A stretch of DNA of 64,000 nucleotides from Cycas panzhihuaensis (taxonomy: Eukaryota; Plantae; Cycadophyta). Location of the stretch: contig CM041465.1 in the NCBI GenBank assembly GCA_023213395.1, positions 54,505,741-54,569,740 of the forward strand, written 5' to 3'. A model generated the notes under the pieces. It was not told the origin of the DNA. It saw only the letters and a program-made list of their open reading frames with translations, and did not search any database. Below, piece by piece: positions 12,076 through 25,100 of this stretch. The translations under genes and the position numbers were made by a program. How positions within the stretch are numbered: position 1 is the first letter of the stretch; each line of letters starts with the position of its first letter.

Positions 12076-14518
12076 TGAAACGCTCTCCGCGGGGCAATGA
12101 TCCAACGCCTAGCGGGAAGGGCATAAAACAATACGCTAAACAGGCTAAGTAGCGAGGATCATACCTCGCAGGACGTCCGTCTTGGCGGGCGTGCACGGAC
12201 TGCAAGGTGCCTCGGTTGCTTCAGTGTAGCCGTAAGACGAGGCCTTCCTACCCTTCGGATGGCGGAAGGAAAAAGAATCTCGGCGTCGCTACTTCTCAAG
12301 GCAATGAGAAGGCGAGGGGCAACCACCAAAAGTGCAAAGAAAGCGGGGTAGAATGCGCTAGGGATACAATGCAAACAAGCCTTCTATTCCTATGTTATGC
12401 AATGTAACAAAGTAATACGAGAAGGCAAATGTAAAATAAACAGTTATTTTCCTTTCTTCTTTTATGTTCCTTTACCTATCAAAGTAAATGCAAAGAGACA
12501 TAAAAGCATAAAGGAAATACGAGAGATACGTGGAAAATACCTGGATACGGCGTCCGAGTAGAAACGCAGGTTCCCCTCCTCGGTTGCGCTCCTTTCCTCC
12601 TCCCGCGCATGCAATGTCGATCGCAGACAACGAACGGGGTGCACTTACCTCCCCAAAAGCATGCAAGAACTAAACGAAATGAAGGAAACGAAAGCAAAGC
12701 TCAACCGAAAAGGGAGAAGAGATACCATATGGGGGCCGACCGGCAACGGGTCGATCTCGCGCAATGATTCCTCCAACGCAATCCTGCAAACAATCCCAAC
12801 AAACGCCTTCCTCTCGGGAGAGGCTACAAGCACAACAAGATATATGTGCATATCCGAAAATGAAATCAACTACGCTAGAAAATGTAGTTAAGCACCAACA
12901 TGTAACGAAAATGAAACAAGGCTGCGATAAATATGCGACCGTCAGACACCATAAAACACACCAAATGGGATTGAGTGTAGCCTCGGGATGGCTAACTCAC
13001 CCACGAGAGGTCTCCACATGGTATAGGGAAAACAGTGCTAGCATGCAACAAGGTGAGTCATGTAGTAACAAATTTCCTACACCAAGAGGGAAACTCAACC
13101 CAACTCTCCAAGGCTTCCCTAGCTCCGTTTCCTAAGAAAGCACGGGTGCTAAAGGGGGAGAGGATAAGGGACGGAACCCTTGGGGAGAAGGATGGCAATG
13201 GGGGACGGAACCCCGCCTATCTCCCTCAAATCCTCGTGAAAACCCTTTATGCCGGCTAGCTTAGGAAATGGCGAAGGAGGAAGCTAAGAGGAAGAGGATG
13301 GGTTTCAAGGAAATGCAAGAAAATGCACCCAATCTAGGGCAGCACTATAGTAAGCCGCAACTAGCTAAGGTTACTTGCATCAAATGACAAAGGAGATCCC
13401 AAAGAAAGCACACACAAAAGAAGGAGAAGAGCTTGCAAGTAAAATAACAAAAAGCAAGGAAAAATGCATCAACAAGAGACAAGAAATACCTTGAATGAAG
13501 GAGAGCATGCATGCATGCACTTGGCCACTTGGAGCAGCAGCACAAGCAGTGTCTAAGGCTGGTTTTTTAGTGTCCTTTGCAAGAAGATGGAAGGAGGAAG
13601 CTCTGTGCAAGATGGGAGCTAGAAGTTGTCCTTTGGAGTAGTCTTTCTTGTGAAGAAATGCTTTGGATCTTTGAGTATTTGTATGAGGAAGTGGAGCTTG
13701 CGATGGAGAGACGTAGGGGGCGGCAATGGCCCTGCAACTCCAGCTGGTAGTAGCCCACTTCACCTCTGCTCAAGCTAACATACATGAAAATCCTTAGTTT
13801 CTGTGTTTTCCTTTGTCTTTAAGTAGAGAGTTTTTGCTTGGAAGTCTAGAAAAGTGAACTCAAGAATGAGGCAAATGAATGAAAAAAGAGTTTTATGCCT
13901 TGGGCATAGCAAGTGAACATTGGGGGCCCTCGGGCCCAACTGTTCGAACGCCATGTGAGTTCATGGCGGCCATCGTCAGCGTGGTTTCTTTTTCAAATTT
14001 TGAGCGATCGTCTGGCGGCAAACTTGGCGGTGCCGCTAAGTTCTGCATGATGCCTTGCTGATGCCATTGCAAACTTTGTGGTACCGCTAAGTTCTTCTTG
14101 ATCTGGAATTTGAAAAAGAGAAAATACAAAGATAAAAGTCATAAAAATCAGCTTTTTAAGGTAAGAGCAAGGGCTGAACATGAATTAAATCAACTGGGGG
14201 AAGGCCCAAGCAGTGGGCAAGTACCCAAAATGGTGCAAAGAGCCCCAACTAAGGGTTAAACCAGGCTTAGGAAGGGTTTGCAACATAAGTGGCATGTGGC
14301 AATAAGGACAAACGAGCTGGCAGGAGCATCTTGAGAGACCATGGAGACATCGTGAGTGGCTGTACGCCATACGGGGTGTCGCATCCGCTTATGGATGCCC
14401 CCGCTGTGAGTCGTCATAGGCTAAGAGGTGCCATTAGGCACATGCATTATGAACAAGCAGTCAAGCAAATGCGTGTAGGCAGGCATATGTCAATCAAATT
14501 ACTCCAAATTACCTTAGC
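12076..14518 (-). repeat. LTR2 (lacks ~81 bp at its right/U3 end)
   Basis: Aligns with LTR1 4377-6814, then joins via CAG to LTR3. Confidence 0.9.
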
Positions 14519-14521
14519 CAG

Positions 14522-17055
14522 TGAAACGCTCTCCGCGGGGCAATGATCCAACGCCTAGCGGGAAGGACATAAAACAAAAGCAAGCTAAAAAGCGAGGATC
14601 ATACCTCGCAGGACGTCCGTCTTGTGGGAGCGTGCACGGATCGCAAGGTGCTGGTTGCTTCGGTGTAGCCGTGCAAGACGAGGCCTTCCTACCCTTCGGA
14701 TGGCGGAAGGGAAAAGAATCCTGGCGCGTCGCTACTTCTCAAGGCAATGAGAAGGCGACGAGGGGGCAACCAACCAAAAGTGTAAAGAATACGGTAGAAT
14801 GCGCTTAGGGATACAACGCAAACAAGTCTTCTATTCCTATGCTATGCAATGTAAAGAAATAGTACGAGCAAGCGAATACACAATAAAAGGTTGTTTTCTT
14901 CTTTCCTTTATGTTCTCTATAACAGTAAATGCAATGAAACATAAAAGCGTAAAGAAAATATTAAGGGTATGCGAAGAATACCTGGATCCGGCGTTTGAAC
15001 GGAAGCACGGATTTCCCTCCTTGGTTGCGCTCCTTTCCTCCTCTCACGCATGCAACGTCGATCGCAGACAACGAAGGGGGTACACTTACCTCCCCAAAAG
15101 CATGCAAGGACTAAATGAAATAAAGGAAATGAAAGCAAAGCTCAACTAAAAAAAGGAGGAGAAAATACCATATGGGGGGCCGACCAAGAATCTGGTCGAT
15201 CTCAAGCAATGATTCCTCCAACAAGTAATCCTGCCAACAATCCCAACAAACGCCTTCCTCTCGGGAGAGAGGCTACGAAGCACAACAAGATATATGTATA
15301 TATGGTAATAACATCAACTAAGCTAGCAAAATGTAGTTAAGCACTAAAGCATAACAAAAATGAAACGGAATCGTATGATAAACATGCAAGCTATCATACA
15401 CCACAAAAAGCACCAAATGGGATCGAGTGTAGCCTCGGGATGGCTAACTCACCCACGAGAAGTCTCCACAGGGTTCAGGAAAGCAATACTAGCAAGCAAT
15501 AGGGTGAGATAGGTTGTGACAAGCTACCTATGCCAAGAAGAGAGTTCAAACCGTCTCCCTTAGGTTTCCCTAACCTCGTTTCCCAAGAGAGTGCGGGTAG
15601 TAAGGGGAGAGAGGACAAGGGACGGAACCCTTGGGGAGAAGGACGGCAATGGGGGACGGAACCCCGCCTATCTCCCTCAAATCCTCGTGCAAGACCCTTG
15701 GTACCGGCTAACTTGAGAAACGGTGGAAGAGCAAGCTAAGGGGGTGAGGATGAGTCTCAAAGAAATGTGAAGGAATGGGCCCAATCTAAGGCAGCCCTAT
15801 AGCAAGCCACAACTAGCTAAGGTTACTTGCATCAAATGACAAAGGAGATCCCAAAGAAAGCACACACAAAAGAAGGAGAAGAGCTTGCAAGTAAAATAAC
15901 AAAAAGCAAGGAAAAATGCACCAACAAGAGACAAGAAATACCTTGAATGAAGGAGAGCATGCATGCATGCACCTTGGCTACTTGGAACAGCAGCACAAGT
16001 AGTGTCTAAGGTTGGTTTTTTAGTGTCCTTTGCAAAGAGAACGGAAGGAGGAAGCTCAGGTGCAAGATGGGAGCTAGAAGTTGTCCTTTGGAGTAGTCTT
16101 TTTTGTGAAGAAATGCCTTGGAACTTTGAGTATTTGTGAGAGAAGGTGAAGCTTGTGGTGGAGAAACGTGAGGCGTGATGGCCTGCAACTCCAGCTGGTA
16201 ATAGCCCACTTCACCTCTGTCCCACTGCTGTAAAAGAAGTTCCTCTTTCAATGTGTCTTTTCCTTGTCTTTTTCTTGAAGAGTTGCTCTAGAAAGCTTGA
16301 AAAATGAAGTGAAGAATGAGGCAAATGAGTAGGAAAAAGGCTTTTATGCCTTGGGCATAGCAAGTGAACGTTGGGGGCCCTCGGGCGCCTCCAACCGTTC
16401 GGAGCCACGCGGCAGTTCCAACGCGGCCACTGTCGCGTGGTTTCTTTTTTTTCAAATTTTAAACAGTCGTACCGCGGCAAACTTCGCGGTACCGCTAAGT
16501 TTACCGATGCCTTGATGCATTGCAAACTTTGTGGTACCGCTAAGTTTGCGTGCAGACTGAATTTGAAAAAGAGAAAAATCTGACATAAAAGTCATAAAAA
16601 TCGACTTTTAAGGTAAGAACAAGGGTGAACATGAATTAAATCAAGCGGGGAAGGCCCAGGCAGTGGGCAAGTACTCAAAATGGTGCAAAGAGCCCTAACT
16701 AAGGGTTAAACCGGGCTTAGGAAGGGTTCGCAACATCAGTGGCACGTGGCAATAAGCACAAACGGGCTGGCAGGAGCATTCCGAAAGACCATGGAGACGC
16801 GTCGTGAGTGGTCAGGCGCCATACGGGGTGTCGCATCCGCTTATGGATGCCCCCGCTGTGAGTCGTCATAGGCTAAAAGGTGCCGTTAGGCACATGCATT
16901 ATGAACAAGCAGTCAAGCAAATGCGTGTAGGCAGGCATATGTCAATCAAATTACTCCAAATTACCTTAGCAATCATAAGTAAGAAAAGTGAAAATATATA
17001 CCTGAACAAACCTGTGTCGATGCGTCCCGAGTCCATTCCCACTAGCTGGGAAACA
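14522..17055 (-). repeat. LTR3 (2534 bp, divergent subtype)
   Basis: Complete TG...CA copy, visibly more diverged from LTR1/2 (e.g. ~14840-15790), followed by TSD ACTAT. Confidence 0.9.
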
Positions 17056-18171
17056 ACTATAAAATAGGTAGGTGGCAAGTCATTCTAGCTTTTGGATATT
17101 AACCTTTCAAATATTAGCATTTGGTACTTTGGGTTTTTGGAATTTGGACTTTTTTGTATTGAAATTCTAGTTTTTGTGCTTTGAGTATTTGTATTTGGAT
17201 GTGGAAACCTCTAAATAATCCATACATCGACTTAACCTCTAGTTCTCTTGCAATGAATTTGAGTTTGTGGCTCTTAAATAATTTTGTATGTGTTTGGCTC
17301 TCTTTAATTTTTCCATGCTTGTGTTGAATTTGTGATGGATTCTATTATAGATAATATTTGAGGCTAAATACCTGGTAGTGATGCCTTGAGTTTTATTGTG
17401 TTGTGAGTATAGTTGCCTAACTATAATGAAAGGTTGGAAGGCCTTGGTGAGATGCCATGGGAGATTAGTTGAGATTCCATAGCTTATATGTAGATATACT
17501 CTAGACATGGTGTGACGCTATGCATGATTTGATGTAAAGTTTTGAATCTTGATATGTTTTCTATGGTGGGATGCTTGGAATGATGAGTTGAGTTTCAAAG
17601 TTGATGTAGTTGATTATTGCGTATATGTGATACACAACTTTTATTTCTATAAACCTTTTTGTATCGTTGTTGAGATATTTGTTGGGCTATTATGTTTTGT
17701 TGGGATGTCTCGAGGATGAGATGAGAGTTTAGAATCTATTCACCGATATTTGTTTATTCATTTCATGTGCCTCAATAAAGGATAAGATTCTTGAGAGCAG
17801 TTTCTGATTGGCTAGTTGGTGAATCTCTTATGATCAATTTAGATTTTCCCTATAAAAGATAATTTTTTATATTGTGGTTTATGTTGATTATTTCTTGATA
17901 TTGTGTGATGGTTATTTCAATTGTGAAGAGAAAAATCAAGGAGTAGAAGGATGAAATAGACCAATGAACATTACATTCATAATTCACTGAATCATCATCT
18001 CATCATTAATACCTCTTCATTGTCAAATTGAAACATTTAAATAGACTTTGATGTGTAACTACCTACTTATAAACCACTCAATGTAGAACTATATTAAATA
18101 AAGCATTAACACCAAATGGGCATTAACTTAACAATTCTTCCCCATAATGACCACTTGGAATTATACCTAAT

Positions 18172-21136
18172 TGTCTCCTGCTTGTTGGGAACGGATTAGG
18201 AGTTCACGGCGCAGGTAAGTGTAGGTATGTATTTTATCTTACAATTTTTGTTGCATTCCTTATAGTCATTGCCTCATATGATGCTCATTTGGTTGCTAGG
18301 ATGCATGATTGCTTTGTTTTACTTGGCTTGTTTGCATCTATTATTGCCTATGGTGACTAGGACTCTAGTTCAATGGCATTCATAACCGCCATAGTGGTCT
18401 CCTAGTTAACAAGATGCCTATTCCGTGTTCTTTTAGCTTTGCTTTCATTGAGTTCTGACTCATTTTTACTTGTTGATTGTATCCTCTTCCCCTTCATCGC
18501 TCATTATCAGCTACTCAGATGGCACGGGGTTAGTTTGCAGAGGCTTTGGGGAAAAGTTTGCAATCCTTTTATTCAAATTACATTTGTTTTTCATTAATTT
18601 TTATAGCATGTCTCTACCCCACATTGATTCTTGTCTGCGCTATGCTAATTTTTGCTTCACCCCTCTCTGATAGTTGCGCCCCGCGGATGTCTTCGTGGTG
18701 CCACAAATAAATTCACGGTGCAACTGTTACTTAACCGGTTGCAGCCAACAACGTTTAATTTTGCATTCAATGCATCCCCTGACATGTCTGATGCCTTGAG
18801 ACTAGCCCAAATCGAGGCATAACGGTCAGGGAGAACTCATTCAAACATAAAATCTCAATTTTCATTTGCATTCTCATCATTCTACAATCATTTTTTCATC
18901 ATTCTAAAGCTCCTTCTTAGCAAAAAGTGAGAAAATAGAGTTTGGAGAGAGAAACACAACAAGATTCAGATCCTTGGCACAAAAGGCTTCTCCAACTAGC
19001 TTCTACAATCAAAGAAGACTCTCTTCTCTTTTTTCAACATTCAAGGATTCTCTCAAAAGGTATTCTTTTTGGAGCTACAAGGATCCTTCATCAACAAACT
19101 CTTCTATAATCACCAAGTCCACTTGTTTCAAGCTGGTAAGACCCAACCATTCTTTTGTTTTCAATAGAAACTTTTGTTAGTTTGCCTTGATTTTCATGGT
19201 TTAATATGTTTTCTATTTGATATCTTGGTTTAGGAACAATAGCCAATAGATCCTACTAAGTTTGTCCACTAGAACCTTGGAGAAACTATTCTCCATGAAC
19301 TAGAAATTCTCCACAATTGTGACCTAGGGTATTGGAGAAGGGAATGGGTGGTGCACTAGCTGGTTACGAGAGTTTAGAGAAGGGAAAATAGGTGTAAGTT
19401 TCAACTTTTGCGCCCCCTTCTCATTGGGTAATCCCCTCCTAACATTAGAAGGTGCCCTACCTCATTGTGCATGCACACTCCTTCCCAATACAAAACCATA
19501 CAACCATACCAATTGACTAGCAATCCATTGCTCATCTTTAAGACTCCGTATCTCATTTTAACATTCCATTCCTCCCTTTGGATCATAGCCCAAACTTGCA
19601 AGAACGGGTAGTCCCTCTTGTCACACTTGGGAGACCACTTGTATTTAGGGGGCCACGCCATTCTGAGGCACTCTCCTCTTCGTCCCCCTCTTCTTCCCTT
19701 TTACATGCATGAATTCTTAAGAGAAGAGGTAGCATTTGATTTGCTTTCTTTGGATAATTAATGATAACAAATATTTTGAAAAGCATCCAAACAAATACAT
19801 ATATTGCATATATATCTTGGGGATAGATTTTTCTTTTGTGCTTGCAGGTAGAAGGTTCGCCCTTGCTCACTAGCCACGAAGGCACGAGAAATGCTTTGTC
19901 ACAAGGTAACACTAGTTTGTGGTTTAACATCACATCTTTTGTTGCACATTCTATTCTCTTCTTGTTCTCATTTCTTTGTTTATGTAACATCTCTTTTAAG
20001 CTTGGGGAAGGTAAGGAAGCCCTATTGCCTCTCACAACTTTTGCAAAAAAGGAGCTTGCGCCATTGGCAAGGGAGGAGCGTGGTCAAAGTTGCTTTCAAG
20101 CACTGCTAATCGAATACAATCTTTCCAAACTCTCTCCCCCTTCTACCCTTTTCCTTTCAAGCTTACCTTTTGATTGTTAGCACTTGCATATACATATGCA
20201 ACAAAAGTGAGGGGTTTATTTGTGCATGGCATATCTCTTTGCATTCATAGAAGAGAAAGACATCCCCCTATTCTTCTCCTTTCTCTTCACAAAGAAAAGG
20301 GCATAATAAGAAAGGATTTATCTCTCATTTTTCATATTCATATGTATATACAAACAAGGTTAAAAACCTAGTTTGAAGAAGTGCATTTCTCTCTTGCATA
20401 AAAGGGAAACATATTAAAAAAGGAAAGAACATTGCATAAACATTAGCAATATTCATCTTTTTTCTTTCCTTAACACCTTTCCCAAATGCAAAATTGACTC
20501 TCTTCTTAGGCATATAACTTTATGTTTCTTTTGCCGAAAGTAAAAGAGAGAGAGAGCTTAAGACTGAGGGATTATAATTGTTATGGATTGTTAGTTGATT
20601 ATTTTATTTTGCAAGCAACATAACTCCAACTTACATTTCCTTCACATCAAAACATCATTACACTTTGAAACAAGAAATTATTCTAACAAACAATACCGCC
20701 TCCTATATAACCAAAGGAAGAACTTTGATTAAACTTTGTGTTACAACCAAACCCTAAAGAGAACCTTTAGACATCAAGGGAACACACCAAACTTTCCCTT
20801 CATCTTTGTTTCCTACCCATCACTCTCTCCTTCTTTTGAGAAGGAAGCCTATCCCTTTTCTAAAAACAAGGATAGGAGAAACCATGTCTAGGTTATTCAG
20901 TAATTTGAGGGAGCCAAACCTTTGGCAAAGCAAACACACCATCAACTAACCTACCCAGATCTTATAGGTAAAAAGGTAACACACGTATCGTGGGTCCTCG
21001 AACCTGCACTCATGAAGTGCACAGATGCCCTTCGAGAGTGAACTAAAGTCACGATACACTATTTGATCTCCCATGCTTCCGGCTATCCATTGTTAGTGTA
21101 TAGTAGCTTTGGTGACCCCCTAGAGATGCACTTCCA
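18172..21136 (+). repeat. 5' LTR
   Basis: TGTCTCCTG...CACTTCCA; colinear with 31235-34181, roughly 10-15% diverged by eye, mostly transitions. Confidence 0.9.
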
Positions 21137-21137
21137 C

Positions 21138-21155
21138 TGATGACCATACTGGGGA
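21138..21155 (+). promoter_or_regulatory. Decayed PBS (tRNA-Arg type)
   Basis: TGATGACCATACTGGGGA lies 1 nt after the LTR and resembles TGGCGAC....CTGGGGA with C>T/G>A decay. Confidence 0.65.
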
Positions 21156-21396
21156 CCACCCACAAGGAAATATTGGCACCCCTTTGATTTCCTAGCTTCA
21201 ATGCTTACCTATCTTATAGGACCTTTACATCATGTTTGATAATCTCAACACCTTTCTCTAAAGCTAATCTCTTTTTTTTTCGAAGCCCTTAGGGTAAGGT
21301 GTGAATGTGATGTTTCTCTTGTTGTTTACGCGGCCTCCCTCCTGTGGAAGGAGAACCCTCTATTCCTCCATTGCCATATCTAGAACAAAGTCACTA

Positions 21397-22191
21397 ATGG
21401 AGGGCTATCCATCAGATTGGGCACACCACTCATATGCCTTTGATTCCCATCCCTAAACATCATACTTTAGCCTCTATTCTTTTGAACGTATGATCAAAGA
21501 ACTAAAACTTCCACCTTCCCAACCCTCATTAGAGTCATACAAACTTGTCCACCAAACCTCCCAAACCATGCCACCTAAGAGTGGGAACACCCAAACTTCT
21601 CAAGGAAGGAAGGCAAGACCTCCTTCCGAGAAATAGTGGTGTTCTGTGCATGGGGAGTGCCTCCATGAGGACTCACAATGCTGGTCACAACATCCTGAGC
21701 TTGCGCCACGTCATGGAGACACTCCTATGAGGGCTTCTAAGCCCAATTTAGATTAGTTTGTTCATAGGGATCCTTTCCCAAACCATGGGGAATAGGACCA
21801 ACTCGCCTAAAGTCAGAGGGTAAGGAATAGGGGACGATCTCCTAACCCTTCTTCTGACCAAGCGAAGGGGAAGGGGCCAAGGGATTTGTCTTCCTTGCCT
21901 AGCCCTAGGTCCTAACATCCCTCATCCTCTCAACCCAAAAATAAAGGGAAGAGATTTATCCAAATGCTTGAGACCACCCCCTTGTACCCTGTTACAAGGT
22001 CCCAAACTGCAGAGGAGGCTGTTGAAGCCTCCACCTGACAAAATAACCCTTCTGCAAATAATCCACCTACAAAAAATCCTTGTGGTCTCAAAGACCATCC
22101 CCGTCTGCCTTAGACGATATGATTTTCGAAGAGCACTTCCTAACCTACTAGGAAGGGGAAGGCCTTTTCAATTATTGAAGAGCTCCACACC
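21397..22191 (+). pseudogene. gag: Internally deleted gag (short N-terminus joined in frame to the post-capsid/Zn-knuckle region)
   Basis: Translates MEGYPSDWAHH...SFERMIKELKLPPS...WCSVHGECLHEDSQC. Homologous to the neighbour's MEGYPSDWAYH and SFERTMKELKLQPPS...WCSIHGECFHDDACC, but these two blocks are only ~80 bp apart here instead of ~1.7 kb. Confidence 0.85.
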
Positions 22192-25100
22192 GTGGTTGTA
22201 GGCATGTCCATGATGGACGTCCTACAGAGTTGCCTCGAGCAACGAGCTCTTCTCCTGGGAGCCCTAGGTCAAAAGGATGCCCTCGTCCATTCCATTGGTA
22301 CCACCTCAAAGGGGGCATCTCTCATCACCTTTGACCCTAGAGACCTTCCTCCTGCCAGTGAAAGGGAACACCAATGGCATTATCTTTTCACTATCACCAT
22401 AGACACCCTAGACTTCACCTTGAAGAGGACCGTCATAGACAATGACTCCTTGGTTAACACCATGCCCATATGCATGGTGGAGAAGCAAGGGATAGGGTCC
22501 CTTGAACCGATCCCATGGAGGTGCCAAGGCTACGACGGTAGCCAAAAGGCACCCTTGGGGATGGTGACACTCCCCCTTACCTTAGAGGACAAAACCATCC
22601 AAACAGATATTCTAGTCCTAGATATAGATGTAGAATATAACCTTTTATTAGGACATATGTGGCTTGACTAGATGGGAGTTGTTTTCTCCTCTAGATGGGG
22701 GGCAACATAAATTTACCAATGAAGGGCAGATAAAAGTTGTTATTTGAGAGTCTCCCCTTGAGCAACCACCTCACCAACCCTGCTAAGCAATCTTTGGGTC
22801 AATCAATGAGGTTGAGGATTCGTCCAACCCATCAATTGCTCATCCTACCGATGATCAAGACCATCGAGAAGAAAGGGAAGCCCATCCCTCTCATGCAAAC
22901 TTGATTTGATTTGTCCCTATCAGTGTTGGGAGCTATGGGTACCTAGCTATCATAAGCGATCAAGAGTTGGATGACGATGACAAGGAACCTCCCTGCCTAA
23001 TATCCCTCCTTAATGTACGAAGGGGGCATCCACCTACCCTTCCATGTGTCTTATGCCCTAGCATGGATCCACACCAGGATAGATCCCTCTCTCGCTTCAT
23101 CCTAGGATCAATGCACTATTAGTCTCCTAACATGTGTAGATCCCCAACCTGCATGACAACACCCTACTCCCTAATCATCACCATCCCTCGTACATGACAA
23201 GGATAAGGATTCTCTTTTTTCCCATGATCAATTTATTATTTGTGACCCAGATCCTGACTAGCTCTCCCCACCATAAGATGGGATGTAGTGGCATAGGAGG
23301 TCACACTCAGACTCCTCTAAAGAGTCCCATCATTATGTCAATTAGTGGGTCGATCATTATGAGCTCATTGCCCTTCTTCCTACTTTTCAGTTCCTGCCCA
23401 GTAAGATGATCCATGAGATAGATTGCTTTGAGAAGGATGAAGCCCTATTAGAGTATCTAGCAGGCACCTTGCCTAACTTGCCTTTTGGACACCATAGACT
23501 TGGTTTCCAGAAGTGTTTGGCTATTAAATCACCCCTAGCTGAACCAAACCAACTAACTATCCCTCCCCTTATATTGATCGACCAAGCTCCCTTCCATTTT
23601 GAGAAAGGGAACACCATGTGCACAGGGGCAATCAAGGACATCATCCTTGTCCCAAGTAAGGTCATTAAGGTTGGAGCATAGTGCTCTTCTCAAGAGATGG
23701 AGGAATATACCCAATTGTTCTAGGAATTCTGTGACATCTTTACATGGGATTACTTAGACGTGAAGGGTATAGATCCTAGCATACTCACTCATAACCTTAT
23801 TACTATTTTGGGTGCTTTCCCTGTGCAATAAAAGCAACATCCGTTGGACCCAAAATTGCCAACTACAGTTAAAATGGAAGTAGAAAAGCTGCTCAGCGAG
23901 TGCCTTATTACTTCTATAGACTACCCTAAATGGGTTTCCAACATCGTGCCCATTGCTAAAAAGAATAGGACGATTAGGATTTGTGTCAATTTTTGAGATA
24001 TCAACAATGCTTGTCCTAAGGACAACTTCCCTCTTCCTTTCATCAATCAAATTGTAAATCGAACCACTAGTTTTGAAGTCATATCCCTAATGGATGACTT
24101 TTTCAGATATAATCAAATTCAAATATCCCCTGAAGACCATCATAAGATGGCCTTTACTACCCTATGGGGGACATTCACTTATAAGACCATGCCCTCTGTA
24201 CTAACGAATGCAGGTGCTACCTACCAAAGGGCTATGAAATTTATATTTTATAACCTTATCAACAAAACTCTTGAAGTTTTCATGAATGATATGATGGGCC
24301 TCTCCCTAAAGAGGGCTAATCATCCAGTGGACCTTAGAGCAATCTTCACAAGTTGCTACAAATATCATGTTAACTTGAATCCACTTAAATGTATCTTTGC
24401 AGTTATGGCTGATAAAATTTTAGGGTTCCTTGTTTCTAAACAAGGAATTCAAATTGGTCCTGACAATATAAAAGCCATCATTAAGATGCCCCCCCTAAGA
24501 ACCCAATGACAAATTAATTCATTCTTGGGAAGGTTAGGGTTCTTAAGACGTTTCTTGGCAAACTTCACCATAAATTCCAAATCCCTAACTAATCTGTTAA
24601 AGAAGGGGGCTCCATTTATCTGTTCTTTTAAAGCCTAAGAAGCATTTCAAGAGCTCAAACGAGCCTTGGTGTTTGCTCTTATATTGGCTCCCCCTCTCTT
24701 TGATCGTCGCTTCATCTTATACACTTCAATGACTAATGAATATTTAGGTGCCATGCTAGCCCAAGAAGATGACTCTAAAATCAAAAGAGCCATCTACTTC
24801 ATTAGTCATATGTTAGTGGTAGCATAACTAAATTACCTGCTAGTTGAAAAGGAGTGCCTAGCACTAGTTTATACAACTAAAAGATTTAAGCACTACCTCC
24901 TTGGTAATACTACCTACATGATTGTCCAATCTAATCTATTTATGTACCTCCTAACTGGATCAGACTTGATAGGAAGGGTGGGCAAATGGGTTGTTCTCCT
25001 TTAAAAATATGGTCTTAAAATTGTTAACCAAAAATCTAAGAAGGGGATGATAGTTGCATAGCATTTGGCAGATGCTCCCATCCCTAATCCTCTTAAGGTT

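Larger units (their letters stand above)
4377..17055 (-). mobile_element. Non-autonomous Ty3/gypsy Tat-lineage LTR retrotransposon (Gag+protease only, TR-GAG-like) with three LTRs
   Basis: TG...CA termini. Perfect 5-bp TSD ACTAT at 4372-4376 and 17056-17060. Gag and aspartic protease motifs on the minus strand. No RT, RH or INT motif seen in the 5.2-kb internal region. Confidence 0.9.
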
